From positions 186,001-250,000 of the forward strand of contig MU058796.1 in NCBI GenBank assembly GCA_013265495.1: DNA of 64,000 nt, read 5' to 3'. The DNA comes from Vicugna vicugna (Eukaryota). The notes below the pieces were generated by a model that worked only from the letters and a program-made list of their open reading frames with translations, had not been told where the DNA came from and searched no databases. Below, piece by piece: positions 25,620-37,755 of the stretch (position 1 is its first letter; each line of letters opens with the position of its first letter). A program made the position numbers and the translations under genes.

Positions 25620-25840
25620 CATGTAGCATTGTGGGTCAGCCTAGGCTTTTTGGAATCAGAATTCCTGGGTTCAAACCCACAATGACCATGAAAAAGGTAT
25701 TTAACTTTTCTGTGCCTCAGTTTCTTCATCTGTAAAATGGACCTACTAATGGTATTTATCTCTTCAGTTTACTGGGAAGATTAAATGAGGTAATATAATT
25801 TTAGCACAATGTCTGAAATGCAGAAATATTTACTATATTA
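25620..25840 (+). mobile_element. MIR SINE
   Basis: 'tggaatcagaattcctgggttcaaaccc...tttaacttttctgtgcctcagtttcttcatctgtaaaatgg...gaagattaaatgag'. Confidence 0.9.
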
Positions 25841-25899
25841 AATTGAAAGCATTCCTGTTTTTTCCATCTCATATCTTTTCTTTAGATACTAATAATCAT

Positions 25900-26090
25900 C
25901 TATATGTCTAGAGTCTTTTACAATTTCCAGTGTCCCCAATTGTATTTACTTGTCTCACGTAGTTAGGCAATGTTTATAATCCCCATTTTACAGATGACTG
26001 AATAGGGTCAGAGAGTCATACCCAAGGTCACACATGTAGCAACAGGGCAGAAATTTCAACCCAGAAATTTGAAGACAAGTGTAATGAACT
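25900..26090 (-). mobile_element. MIR SINE
   Basis: 'atccccattttacagatgactgaatagggtcagagagtcatacccaaggtcacaca'. Confidence 0.8.
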
Positions 26091-26679
26091 TTTAGTTATC
26101 CCTCACTGATTGCTATTTAGAAGAGAAAGATTTGGAACCATGGCAAAATGAAAATTTCTGAGGACTGATTCTGTTTGTGTGTATTCAGACTCAAAAGCTG
26201 AGTAGTCCTTTATGTGTAGCCCAGTATACTTGCCTGGGGAGGTATGAGGAATGCTTGCCTTCCTGGTTTCTGTGTAATTTTGTACCACTCTTGAAGGGTC
26301 ACAATCTATTTCCACTGATACTGAATGACCCAGTAATGACATTTCCAGGAGTATACTCAGGACAATAATTCTAAACAGAGAGTGAAAAAAAAGTTGTATG
26401 AAGATGGATATTAACTTTAGAGTTATATGTAATAGCCAAAAAAAGCAAAAACATAACCTAAATATCTTTGACATAGATCAGTTATGTAAACTAAGATATA
26501 TCAAGTCAAAGAAATAATGATAGTCACAATCACTATCATGTACTGAGCATTCAGTATGAACACTGCACTTAGTAGCTCCTTTCAAATACATCTCTTGATT
26601 TCCTAAGTTGGGCATCGTTTTCACCTCATTGTGTAGGTAATGCCAAAAAGCCAAGGTCATACGGCTTTATGTGACCATA

Positions 26680-27190
26680 TGATTCATCCTTCTTGTTTCT
26701 TTGTTGCTAATGGAGCCCTGATTTTATTTGAGAAGATGAGTAAGTAGCCCTAAGAGATGCACTGAGAATAGTCTGAGCTGATTAGAGTATCCCCATCTCC
26801 TTTGCAAGGGGTGAAGTCCAGGGATGGGCCTGTGATGTAATTCTGGTCAATACCGCTTAGGAGTAAACTTGCTGGGAGCTTCTTTAAATAGCTTCCTCTA
26901 ACCTTTTATTTTTTTCTTTTTCTGCTCCCTTTCTTCTTGCCTTTGAACATTTTTATGGAAGTAGATAATGCTGGAGGCTGAAGCAGCCATTTGGGGGTCA
27001 TGAAGGGGTAAGAGTAAAATAAGAATAATGAAGTAAACAATAAAAATTATCTAGGTTGCTGACAATTGCAGTAAGCTGCAAGCCACTCTAGGATTGCATG
27101 ACTTTGACAGTTGTTTTGTTTGGTTTTTTTATGGAAACAGTACACATCCTTTTGGTGTAAACCGCTGTTCATCTATTATTTGGTACTACT
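26680..27190 (+). mobile_element. MaLR LTR (MLT1J/K-like)
   Basis: 'gggatgggcctgtgatgtaattctggtcaat', 'ctggaggctgaagcagccattt', 'tttggtgtaaaccgctg'. Confidence 0.6.
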
Positions 27191-27191
27191 C

Positions 27192-27620
27192 ATTAGAATT
27201 AGGTAAAGCTGTGAATGATACAGAATTTCCCCAACCTAACTGAGATTTAAACATGTATAAAAGTCTCTCTCATAAAAGCCCATGATAGGTAGTCTGGGGC
27301 AAATACGGCATTCCACAAAGTCCTCAGAGACCCAAGCTTTTCCAGCTTTCCTTTGCTCCATCCCAGAAGCGTGCTTTTACCACCGGAATCAAGAAAGCTG
27401 CCTGAACTCCAGCCTTCATACGTACATTCCAGCTAGCAGAAAGAAGGAAGGGGTGAGGAAGAGAATATTCCCCCACTTTTATATTCAAGCCAGAGACTTC
27501 ATACACCATTGCACTCACATTACATTGGATAGAAGTGCTAGCTGCAAGAAGGAAAGGCAGTGTCACTTTCATTCTGGAAGGGCATACACTCAACTAAAAT
27601 TTGGAAATTCAATTGGTGGA
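27192..27620 (-). mobile_element. MaLR LTR (MLT1J-like)
   Basis: 'tcagagacccaagcttttcc', 'acattccagctagcagaaagaaggaaggg', 'cactcacattacattgg', 'ctagctgcaagaagg'. Confidence 0.65.
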
Positions 27621-27841
27621 AAAAAAGTGAAGAACATACAGAGGAAGACACATACAGCCGATGAGCCCACATCTGCCTGACTCCAAGCCACGCACTTACT
27701 GCTGTATTCCACTGTCTCTAGCAACTAGTTAGACCATATAATAATGGGAGGAATATGTTATATTATTTTCTGTGGTGTATTTTTAAACTCTTTGACCATT
27801 TAAATATATGATAGAAAGAAAAATATTTTACTATGTTATGC

Positions 27842-27913
27842 AGGATACAATTGTATATAGACTGGTATGAGTAAACTAGGATACAATTGTATATAGACCA
27901 GTATGAGTAAACT
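27842..27913 (+). repeat. 36-bp tandem duplication (2 copies)
   Basis: aggatacaattgtatatagac[tg/ca]gtatgagtaaact twice, 34/36 identical. Confidence 0.97.
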
Positions 27914-29279
27914 TATGCTTTCAAAAGATTTGAAGGAGAGGTTGTGTTTGAATTTAGGAACATGAATGAATCAGGCATTTGTTCCTACATTTCTCTATTT
28001 TTTAAGTCTTCTTTAATAAGCAAGTAATAAAATTTTATAATAAAAATATCTACACTTATGTATAGCCACCATTTTTAAACCACTCAGTAAGAGAACCTTT
28101 TTATGTATAGCCAGTAGCAAACTCTATAAGTGGTGGATTTTATGAAGAAGAAAAATGATAAATAGTATGTCATTTGGTGCTTCATGATTTTTGGTTTGTA
28201 ACTTTCTGGGTCACTGATTTCTCAAAGAGTTTTCATTCTTTCCGCACATTAGTTAGGTGATTGAGGAAGGTGTCAAGCTACTGAGACATGGGAAAAGATG
28301 CTGTGGAGGGATTAAATTCTGCTTTTTTTTTTTTTTGGCTGAGTATACAAAACATGCATTATGACTTAGTAATTCTTCCCCTATGTGTATTAACCTCTGT
28401 CTGCTGTGGGCAGTATTGAGAAGACTGTCATTGGTATTTAAATGAGGTACATACTTAAAAAAATAAAATAAACTATGTAGTGATTTAACAAAATCAGTGC
28501 TAAGAATTGATGGAATGGTAAGGACCAAGAAACCTGAGAAAAGGCAAGAAAAAGTTGCTGGTTCATTGTGATTAAGGAATATGTTGAGAGAGGAGGTAGG
28601 AAAAGAAATGTTATTGGAAGAACATTATGAGTATAAGATGTCAGTTCGAGAGAGCTTCATCTCTGTTCAGTGAGGGCACATGCATAGGTTGCTGAAGTGG
28701 TGGAAGGAGTGGCCAGCAGCACATGTCAGGGAGGAACAGAATCCCAGAATTGTCCTGTAATGGAAGTGATCAATATCTTTAAAAATTATGGTTGTATATA
28801 GTTTCAGTTGTACTTACTGCTGTCTTTCATGTTTGCTTGTTTGCTGACTTTTTAAGGGAAAAAGGAACAAAAACAACATTTAAAATGATTTAAACTAATG
28901 AACTAATATGTAATTATAATAAAATAGATAAAGTTTGTATTTTACCTTTTAAATGATAGGAAGGTATCTTTATCACATAAAAGAATGATAGTTAACTCTT
29001 GTTTGTATACATTTTCCAGTCCAATAAAGTGAGCATATAACTCCTATTCTTGTTCAGCAAGAAGTCTATGGCTCATTTCTAGTAATTTATTTACATTCAA
29101 ATGTTCAGTAGAAATTTCATCTCTGAGTATGTTCTAGAGAAGTTGTCCTACCTTTCAAGTTCCCAACTATGTCATTCACGTACTGTAAATTGAAGTACAG
29201 TAAAAGTTTGTCTTCTCAATAGCAACAGGAAAAAAATTGGGGAGTAAAATAACCAAAGGGAAAAAAAATGAGCAAACAC

Positions 29280-30625
29280 AGTATGATGAAACTTTAAGAG
29301 CTACTGACGAACAGAAATGACTTGAACAGATAGAGAGGCATATCGTATTCTTGAACAAAAGGACACATGTCATAGAGATGTCCTTTGTCCTGAGTTAACC
29401 TATAAAAATTGCATGATCTTATATAAAATATCAATACAAGTATATTTGGAAAGAGATAGCTGATGCCAAAATTCATATGAAAAAATAGGCAAATAGAGCA
29501 ATGAAAATCTTAAAAAGAAAAGTCATGAGGGGAAACTAGACCTTCCAGTTATTAAAATGTCTTATAATGCTTCAATAATTAAAGCCATATAATAATGGCA
29601 TGCATGCACATACATACGCACCCATGAACATGCACAAATATAAACAGAGCTATTTTAAAAGTCCAGAAAGATACAAAAGCATAGGAGAATTTAATATGTA
29701 AAGATGGTATATCAGATCAGTGGAGAAAACATCAATTAGTAAAGAACACTGAAAAAGTCATGTGGAAAAAAATAGCTTAAATCCATAAACTATCCACACC
29801 ATACATCAAGATAAAAAATTACCCAATAAAACATGAGTAAAGAAAATGTACAAAAATCTCAAAGAAAAGCAAATACTTTTAAATAAAACAAAAAATGGTA
29901 AATCTCACTCATAAACTAAGAAATACAAATCAATATCATCTAACAATATTTTTTCATGTTTAAGATTGGCAAAGATCCAAATGTTTGATAATACATTTGT
30001 GTTGGTAAAGGTTTGGAGAAACTGACTCTCTTCCACATCTACGGAAGGCAATTTGGCAAAAGCAAAAAAAAAAAAAAATGAAGAAGAAGAAGAAAGAAAA
30101 GAAAGCATACAGCCATCAAAACGCTTTGAAAATGAAATTACACCTTTAGGACTACACATATATATGTGCAAAACCACACTTACATATTATGCCATAATAG
30201 AAACTTTATCTGTGTGTTTGTAAAAACAAAAGGTAGGAAATAACCTAAATAGATCCACATCAACAGAAAACAGTTAAAACATACAATGGAATAACCATAC
30301 AATGTAACATTTATGCAGAGGTAAAAGAGAATAAGGAAGCTCTTCATACACAAATATAAAACATTTGTCAATATGTATTAACGTCATCAACAAAATCAAA
30401 ATGTAAAACAGTATGTAAAGTATGTTACCATTTATGTTTTTAAAAAGAGGGGATAGGATATACACATTTGATTAGAATATTTTTGTATGTATACACAGGA
30501 AACTGACCATGGTTGTCTCCAAGGAAGAAAACTTGGTGTGCAGGATACAGAGACAATAGACTTCGCACACCTTTTGTGTCTTTTAAGTTAGAATAGTTCG
30601 AGTGTATTATTATTCAAAAAATAAA
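29280..30625 (+). mobile_element. Ancient L1 (L1ME-like) ORF2 3' region and 3'UTR, heavily decayed
   Basis: 'agctgatgccaaaattcatatgaaaaaat', 'ggggaaactagaccttccagttattaaa', 'agattggcaaagat', 'ggaaggcaatttggcaa', 'ataacctaaatagatccacatcaacag'. Confidence 0.75.
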
Positions 30626-30730
30626 CTGAAATGTAACAAACTTTAAACACCTTAGTTTATAACTAACAGTCATATCCCATAACCATGACTGATTTCAGGC
30701 ATATATTTTCTAATTAAAGGGAAAATGGCT

Positions 30731-31038
30731 CAACGATGTGTTGAAGCCAGCTCTCTTTAAACAGGTAAGCTTAAAATATAAATTAGAGCGGCAGGGTGAA
30801 GAAGGTACCCAATAAGAGCCTAACATTCTATGTCAAAATGGACATCCTAAATGTACCTTCTGATGTAGTTTATAAAATGTCTTCCCAACTCTGTGTTCAG
30901 TGACACTTGTTGGTAGCTTGAAATCAACTCTGGTGGGAATATTTACCCCAAGGAAATTAGCAAACACGACAAAGCAGGGTTTATTCAGAGTTGAGGAGGA
31001 GAAGAACCAGTGGTTAGACATTTCTCAGCACAGCACTG
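30731..31038 (-). mobile_element. MER63-like hAT-Blackjack DNA transposon
   Basis: 'cttcccaactctgtgttcagtgacacttgttggtagcttgaaatc...gtgggaatatttacccc' with degenerate terminal inverted repeats caacgatgtgttg / cagcacagcactg. Confidence 0.7.
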
Positions 31039-32449
31039 GCTCAAATGTTCTAACTCATGATTTTCTTAGAGAATTTCAAATTACTTGGCTTTTTTTTCCT
31101 AAAACATGGGTTGATAAATTTACTAGACAGTGAAGCTGACGAGAGATGCATGATAAGGGAAGATAAGCAAAATGCAAGTAGAGTGCTAACAATTAAAAAC
31201 ATATCCTCATCTTGATGCGCAATCAGTGGCACTCATCGAGAGGAAGGAGAGCATGGGGACGTTGCTCATTGTATCTTCCCAGTTTAAAGGTACAGAGAAT
31301 TTTCTATGTCTCATTTTTAGACAATTGCATAAAAGCCAGAAAAGTAGAATTAAACAGATTTGCAAGCTTATTTTGTTTCTTTGTATCATATAGTGCATCT
31401 CATTTGATATTTGCGTTTTATTAATAATTGAAAGCAACTTTGCAATACATAGGCATGCAGAATAACTTTTTACCCTATGGGAATTAATGTCTAGTGATGG
31501 TGGTCCAAAAATGATACAAATTATGATAATAAAAATCCTGGTCAGCTATTTTGCACTTTAACTATGTACAGTAGATGTTTTCTTTACAAGAGTACCCCCT
31601 TCACATGGAATTTGCACAAAAAAATTTCATCTAGGTGTAGCTTAATACATAGCAAACTACTTATAAATAGATACATGGCCATAAAGTAAAATTAACCTTT
31701 TATAAATAAATATGATTTAAAAAGCAGAATATTATATGCGTCTTCAAAGGAAAATTACTTTGAATGCATAGAGAAAGAAATGTAATGTTTAGCATCATTC
31801 TGTGTTAAACTTTTATAAGCCCCAATTAGTGCTCCCTCCTATTGAGGATTTTCTCTGAAGTGAATATATGTTCAAGAAGATTTTGTTTTTCTGAAGTATT
31901 TATATTTTTCCTGCTTTAAAAACAGCTCCTGCTTATGTAAATACAGTCTTTTTGCCATTACCTGTGTCAGTATTGCCCAAAGGGAAGTCTATTTCAAATA
32001 TACAAACTCTCCATATTTGGGAGCTAAAAATTAAATCAGATATTTTTGTCTATTTGTTTCTTATTAAAATTCTACTGTAAGTTTGCCCAAGGGCAGAGCT
32101 AACACAAGTACACCTACTTATAACACTGTAATGCACATATTTACTTTATTTGAAAGAGTTGTATTGGCCATCTTGAGACACCGCTGGCTTCAACATTTGG
32201 CTGTCGGGTACTGTCGGGTATATTTTGGTAGCATTAAAATCAAAAGCAAATGACCTTTAAGTCACCTCTAGCTGTAAAACTTGCAAAAGCAAAAAATAAA
32301 TTCAGTATATTAAAATCATAATGTTTTTATTCAATAAATTCAAATTGAGCATTTAATCTGTTGAGTACTGTTAGCATCACACACACAAATAAAATGCCAA
32401 CATCTATCTGTCTCCCTTTGGAAACTTCAAAAACAGTGCAGATCTTTTA

Positions 32450-32560
32450 TGAGCAATATGAACTTGACCAAGTCATATTAATCTCCCTAAACCTCAGTTT
32501 CCTCATCTCAGAGTGGTGTTAGTTGGATAAAATAAACAATGTGTGTTGGGTGTCAAAATT
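32450..32560 (+). mobile_element. MIR fragment
   Basis: 'aacttgaccaagtcatattaatctccctaaacctcagtttcctcatct'. Confidence 0.7.
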
Positions 32561-32739
32561 AGTGTTCTATTGAGTGCTCTATGATTAGAAAGGAGGCAAA
32601 TTAGATTATTTAGAATAGAAACAAACCTTACTCATATTGATAATCTAAATACCTAATCTAGTACCTGGCAAAAAAATGAGCATTTAATCAACATCCGTTG
32701 CAAAATTAGAGTGATCAGTAGTTCATTGTTGGCTGATAG

Positions 32740-33300
32740 AGAAGGAAAACCTTATGAATAAAATAGAATTTTAACACCATCTTGAAGGATGGACAGGATT
32801 TGTGTTGATGCAGAGAATAGGAAAAGATATTGTAAGTGGGGAAAAATAGCAGAAGCCAAACTCTAGAGAGGAAATGAGAGGAATGCTTTAACAGAACAAT
32901 GAATAAGATTTCCAGACCAGAACTAAGAGCACATGGAGCCAAAAGTGTATTCTAAGTGTTGCCAGGCAAGGTGAAAAGAGATTTATGAAGAGCCTTAAAA
33001 ACCAAGTGGAGGAGTGTGGACTTTATTAGGTAAGTAAATGAGCAGTGGAGGAAAGACAAGATGAGAGATGCTGTTTTAGGGAGTTAACCTGGCAGTGGTG
33101 GCGGAATAGATTCCAAGGAAGAAAGTTTGAGCTGCAGCCCCACAAGAAGAGGTCAGTGCAGCAAAGCAGCTGATGTAGAGGTGAAGGACAATGGAAACAA
33201 GGGAGGAGCAGATTTGGGAGGGAGGCTAAAGTGAGAATCCAGAGCATTTAGTGACTTTTAATACTATGGATGAAGATGAGGGATCAGGAGAATAGAATAA
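32740..33300 (-). mobile_element. L2 fragment
   Basis: 'cttgaaggatggacaggattt', 'gaagagccttaaaaaccaagtggaggagtgtggacttta', 'tgagagatgctgttttagg'. Confidence 0.7.
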
Positions 33301-33544
33301 AGTTGGTGCTAATAATGGACTGTCACAAGAATAAACAGCATGTTTCAGATGGGACCCGTGTCATTCTTCTGAGAATGATTGCATTATTTGTTACAATGAA
33401 CTGTCCAATATATTTTGGGCACAATTAAGTGTGTATTGAACCCTTACTCTTTGTCCAGTCTGTATACTAGGTGCTATGGGAAATAGAAAGCAAGTCAATG
33501 ACATAGATATCCTCAAGATACTGATTAAGATGAATATTAAGGAT

Positions 33545-33785
33545 ATTAAGAGCAATGTGTATTGAGCGCATAATGTGTACCAGGTACATTAAACAGTCTT
33601 GTTTAGCCCTCACAACAAATTTATGAGGCAAGTACTTAAGAGTTTATGTTCAATTTACTTACACAGAAACTGAGCCTTACAGTGGTTAATTAACTGTCCC
33701 AGTGTAACAAAGCCAGTAAATAGTGGATTCAGGAATAAATCCCAGCAGCCTGACCCCAGAGCCTGCAGGTTCACCACAAGACCAT
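33545..33785 (-). mobile_element. MIR SINE
   Basis: 'gtattgagcgcataatgtgtaccaggtac...ccctcacaacaaatttatgagg...gaaactgagccttacagtggttaattaactgtccc...cagcctgaccccagagcc'. Confidence 0.85.
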
Positions 33786-35369
33786 GCATGACTTAACATA
33801 CGTGAAAGCTGTTAAAGGATGACGACGTAAGACTAAATATTACTGAAGCAGGACATCTGTGGTATCATGAATTTTGTTTTAGAGCAGGAAGGAGAGAGGG
33901 GGCTTACAAGAGAAGCTGCAAAAGCAACTACACAGAAAGGAATGGCATAAAGTGCCCAAGAACATTGAGGAGATCTGCCAGACTGTTACATGAGAGTGAG
34001 TTACGAAGGGGAGGGGGTTGAAGGTGTAAATCTGGGCCAGGTGATGGTTACAGGGCTGAATGCCTGAGACAGAGTTGTGACTCAATACAAATTGGAATCA
34101 ATCTGTTAATAAACATTTATTGGTCACCAGTCATTTTCCAGTAGTGGCAGGCCCTGGAGTTCAAGATGAATGGGCCCCCCTCACCCATTTACGAGATGTC
34201 AGCTTAGTCTTCACACCACTAAGGAGTAGGATGCAGTCCATCCAGGCAAGCCCCTTATTTCAGATCAATTCAAGCTACTCTTTTCTCAGGAGGGCACAGA
34301 CTCAAAACATGCCTGTGATCTTCTTCATTACACTCACTTTTCTCATGTTCCGTCTTACTGCTCTGACATAAAACCCCTAGAAGCTCTGTGTGACATGAGG
34401 AGAGTAGTATTTTTCATATACGTGATGGACTGGAGAGGAAAAAGCACAGACTTTAGAAAGATAAGTACCTAGTACTGTATCCAGTGCATACCTGGTATGC
34501 AATAAATGTTTGCTAAAAGAAGAAAAAAACTATAAAGAAGGTATTTTAATAATCTTAAATTTGAGGTGAGGACTTTTTTGGTAACAGAAAAGGGGAATTA
34601 GGAATGAATCAAAAGTCATTTTACAAGAAAATGTAAACATAATATACTGGATACGTGGGGAGGAAAAGAAAAACTTCATGGCCTATACTGAATTTTTGAA
34701 GCTGTACATTTGACGGAAGTGACATGATTGATAGAAAGTCCAAGTAATGGAAGTTTCATTAGGGTAAGAATTCTCGCTCTGGTTCTCTGTTGTAATCTAG
34801 AAGTAGCAGCATACTTAATACATAGTAGACAGGCAACAGGTGATTGGGGCGTTGAATAAATAATGTATTCATTTTTAGGAAGACAACCAAACTCTCATAT
34901 CCGAAGCTATGAGTCTAAATTCAGAGCAATGACATTTTCCGCTAAGAATCCACGTCTTAATGAACTACTTTTGTGGAAGGGATTTTGTAATGTCCTTTAA
35001 TAAGTTAGAGCAGGAAAAAAATACACACACATACACACCCGCGTTTTTTGAGGGCCACTATCCTAACGCCTAGCACAAATGCCTAGTGGTATTCTTGATT
35101 TAAGATTAGGGCTGGAATTGTGTCTAGAATGAAAAACTGGGTTAAGTATTGGCTGGATTCCTAAACCCAACTCCAAGATGGATTCATCTACCAGGAAGGC
35201 CAGTAAACCCCTCACTTGCACGGGCCTCAATTTCGATTTTTTAAATTTCTTTAATTTGTATAAACTTCAGACTGCATAAAACCTGAACCCACCTCTGAAC
35301 CAATTGCCCTACATTAGTTCCAGCTGGTGCAAAAAACTATTTGAATTTTCCCTTTGCCATTTCATCATG

Positions 35370-35570
35370 CCAGATACCTGAAGTCTCAACTTTGGGTTGA
35401 GTTAGAACTGAGTTTAAATTCCAGTTATGCCATTTAATCTCCATGGCTCTGGTCCACTATTTTCAATTTCCTCATCTGCAAAATGGAAGTAATAGCAACT
35501 ACCCTTCAGGGTTATTACAAAGCTTAAATGCTCTGAAGAGTTCCATAAATTGGAGCTCTATAATTATTAC
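35370..35570 (+). mobile_element. MIR SINE
   Basis: 'ctgagtttaaattccagttatgccattt...tcaatttcctcatctgcaaaatggaagtaatagc'. Confidence 0.8.
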
Positions 35571-36789
35571 TAATTAGTCCAGTGATTCTGGTACTCATTT
35601 TTCCCATTTTACATTGAAAATATTATACATAATTGATATTTTGTTATAAATATTCAGAAGCCCGTTAAATAAGAGTACCATAACTTTTACTTCACCTTTC
35701 ACCGTTTATCATGCTAGAATTCCTGGATAGGCTGACTTGCAAGAGCTACATACCAAATTCAGAACATACATTTTCTTTTTTAAAATTTCTGCGATCTCAA
35801 CATCCATTGGGTATAAGTCTGAACTTAATCACTAAAGTTTTATGTATAACGATTTGGCCTGTGAAGGTTACCCTCTCGTCAAGTTATTCCAAGGAATTTT
35901 TTCAGGCTGAACAAAAACCCGCATTCAGAAATCCCCAAAAAAGACATGAAAATCGACGAATAAAAGAGCATAATTTGTATTGTAACAATCACCAAATAAA
36001 GAGTGATTAGAATTTTGTTTGTATAATTTCTCTATCTTTTAAAGAAAAGTGGACTCTCACACACATTTTTGAGGAGAAAGGAGCTGCTACGTACTTTTGC
36101 CTTTAAATATGACTTTGTTCCCCAACTTACCTATACAATACATCACTCCCAAATAAGAAGAAATGGATCAGGCCAAAACTTCTCAAATTTTTAAAGTCTG
36201 AGGGGTTCTTTTTCTAGTGGTTGTATTCTTACATATCCTTTCTTTTTAAAAAATGCAGAATACTGGAAACTACTCTGAATTCCATAATGCTTTCAGGTGA
36301 ATTTTATCTAAATAGTCTTAACAGCAGCTATGTACATTGGAAACATGGCAATACAAATAGGTGTTAGCTGTGTAATACGTGTCATTACAGAGTTTGGTGT
36401 ACATTCTCCTGAAAACAACTCCATGTCCAATCCCTCCTCCTACCCTAACTTCATCTCAGGAATCTAAGGAACACCAACCAGGAATCACTTTTCCAGGCTT
36501 TCCAGAATCAGTAAGCAGAACGTTGTTACTCATTCTACAAATCTTGACTCCTTCCTAGCATAAGAGAAAATCATCACGTGAATTCAGAAAAGATGGGTGC
36601 ACATGAAAGCCACTGTCAGATCAGGCAAAGCCTCACCATGAAAACCTGAAGAGAATTTCCTTTTGCAGACAATGGTAACCCCAAGTTCTAATTCTGGTCC
36701 TGCTGTCCATTAAATGTGGGTGTCACCAACCACAGTGGGCTTCATTTACCTTATCTGCCCATTAGAGTTGTATTGGAAGGTAATGCTGT

Positions 36790-37010
36790 TTATCTGCAGC
36801 ATGCTTTACCAGCATCAGAGCACTTTCGCATGTATTATCTCATTTGATCTACACAACTTTGAACAAAGCAAGACAAATAATACTATTCCCATTTTTTAGA
36901 TAAGGGAGTTGAGACTTAGAGATTAAATAGTTTATCCAAGTTAGACTTTATTACTCTTTGAGGAACATGCCTAGCACGGTCTTTTGATTCTTGAACTGGT
37001 GATTTTCTGA
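36790..37010 (-). mobile_element. MIR SINE
   Basis: 'gcactttcgcatgtattatctcatttgatctacacaac...ttcccattttttagataagggagttgagacttagaga'. Confidence 0.8.
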
Positions 37011-37740
37011 CTATACCCCGCTGACCCCACTTCTATAAGTCTAAGATTCTAAGAATCATGTCCCCTTTTAAAGATACCTCACAAGGTTTATGCCTGAGAA
37101 TAGTGTATCATGTAAGAATAGATAAATGCTGCTATTCTTTAACGTTTTCTCAAAGGTTGCAGAATCAAATGCAAGTTATTTTTACAGATTCTTTATCGAT
37201 TCAGATACTGGCTAAAAATTGTGACTTTTTAAATTTTTGACAAAAACATACATTTAAGAAGCTTTCCTTTCTTTCATCCTCCTTTCTTTAACCCATAATC
37301 AAGGCTTGCCAGTTGTTTGCTTTTTGGTATCTTAGTGATTTGAAATAGCTGCTACTGAACTGCTGGTTTTACTTTAGTCCAAGTCTGCTCTAAGTGTGTG
37401 CAATGTAGAAAGGGTTCTTTCCTGAAGACTGAGACTCTAAGCTTCAAGAAAAGTTGAAGGGTTTTGTTTTCCCAGAGCTGTCAGGTTTCTTTGAAAGAAC
37501 TGAAAAGAAGCAACAGAAGAAGACGTGAGAGTGATTTAAAAATATTTAAAGTATCTCTTTGGTTTTCCAGTCTTTTTCAAATTAAAGTTCTGTTGTTAAC
37601 CATTCCATAGTTGAATGCCCCTATCTTTGGAATTTTGCTCTGTAATGATATGACCATTCTTTATTGTGTGTATATGAGTCTGTGTGAGAGAATGTATGTG
37701 TGCCTTTCTTTTCTTGTCTTTTTGTTTTTCTTTCCTTCAG

Positions 37741-37755
37741 CATTTTCTCTGAATG
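37741..37755 (+). CDS. Candidate 15-nt microexon CATTTTCTCTGAATG (host gene unidentified)
   Basis: ~36-nt pyrimidine tract 37703-37738 ending in cag, donor ATG|GTAAGG; open in phase 1 (xFSLNx) and phase 2 (xIFSEx), stop in phase 0. Confidence 0.5.

Noticed and set aside
25620..26090. Inverted MIR pair as a dsRNA/editing substrate
   Set aside because: Copies look too diverged for stable pairing and such pairs are common
27842..27913. 36-bp direct repeat as a CRISPR array
   Set aside because: Two abutting copies, no spacer, no cas genes, mammalian context
30720..30770. CAG|GTAAGC recursive site or 45-nt exon (GKWLNDVLKPALFKQ)
   Set aside because: Lies in the terminus of the MER63-like element and the acceptor is weak
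32190..32222. Similarity to miR-181b (aacatt...gctgtcgg)
   Set aside because: Seed region differs and there is no complementary arm for a hairpin
36670..36675. 6-nt microexon ACAATG
   Set aside because: Short pyrimidine tract with upstream AGs and a weak GTAACC donor
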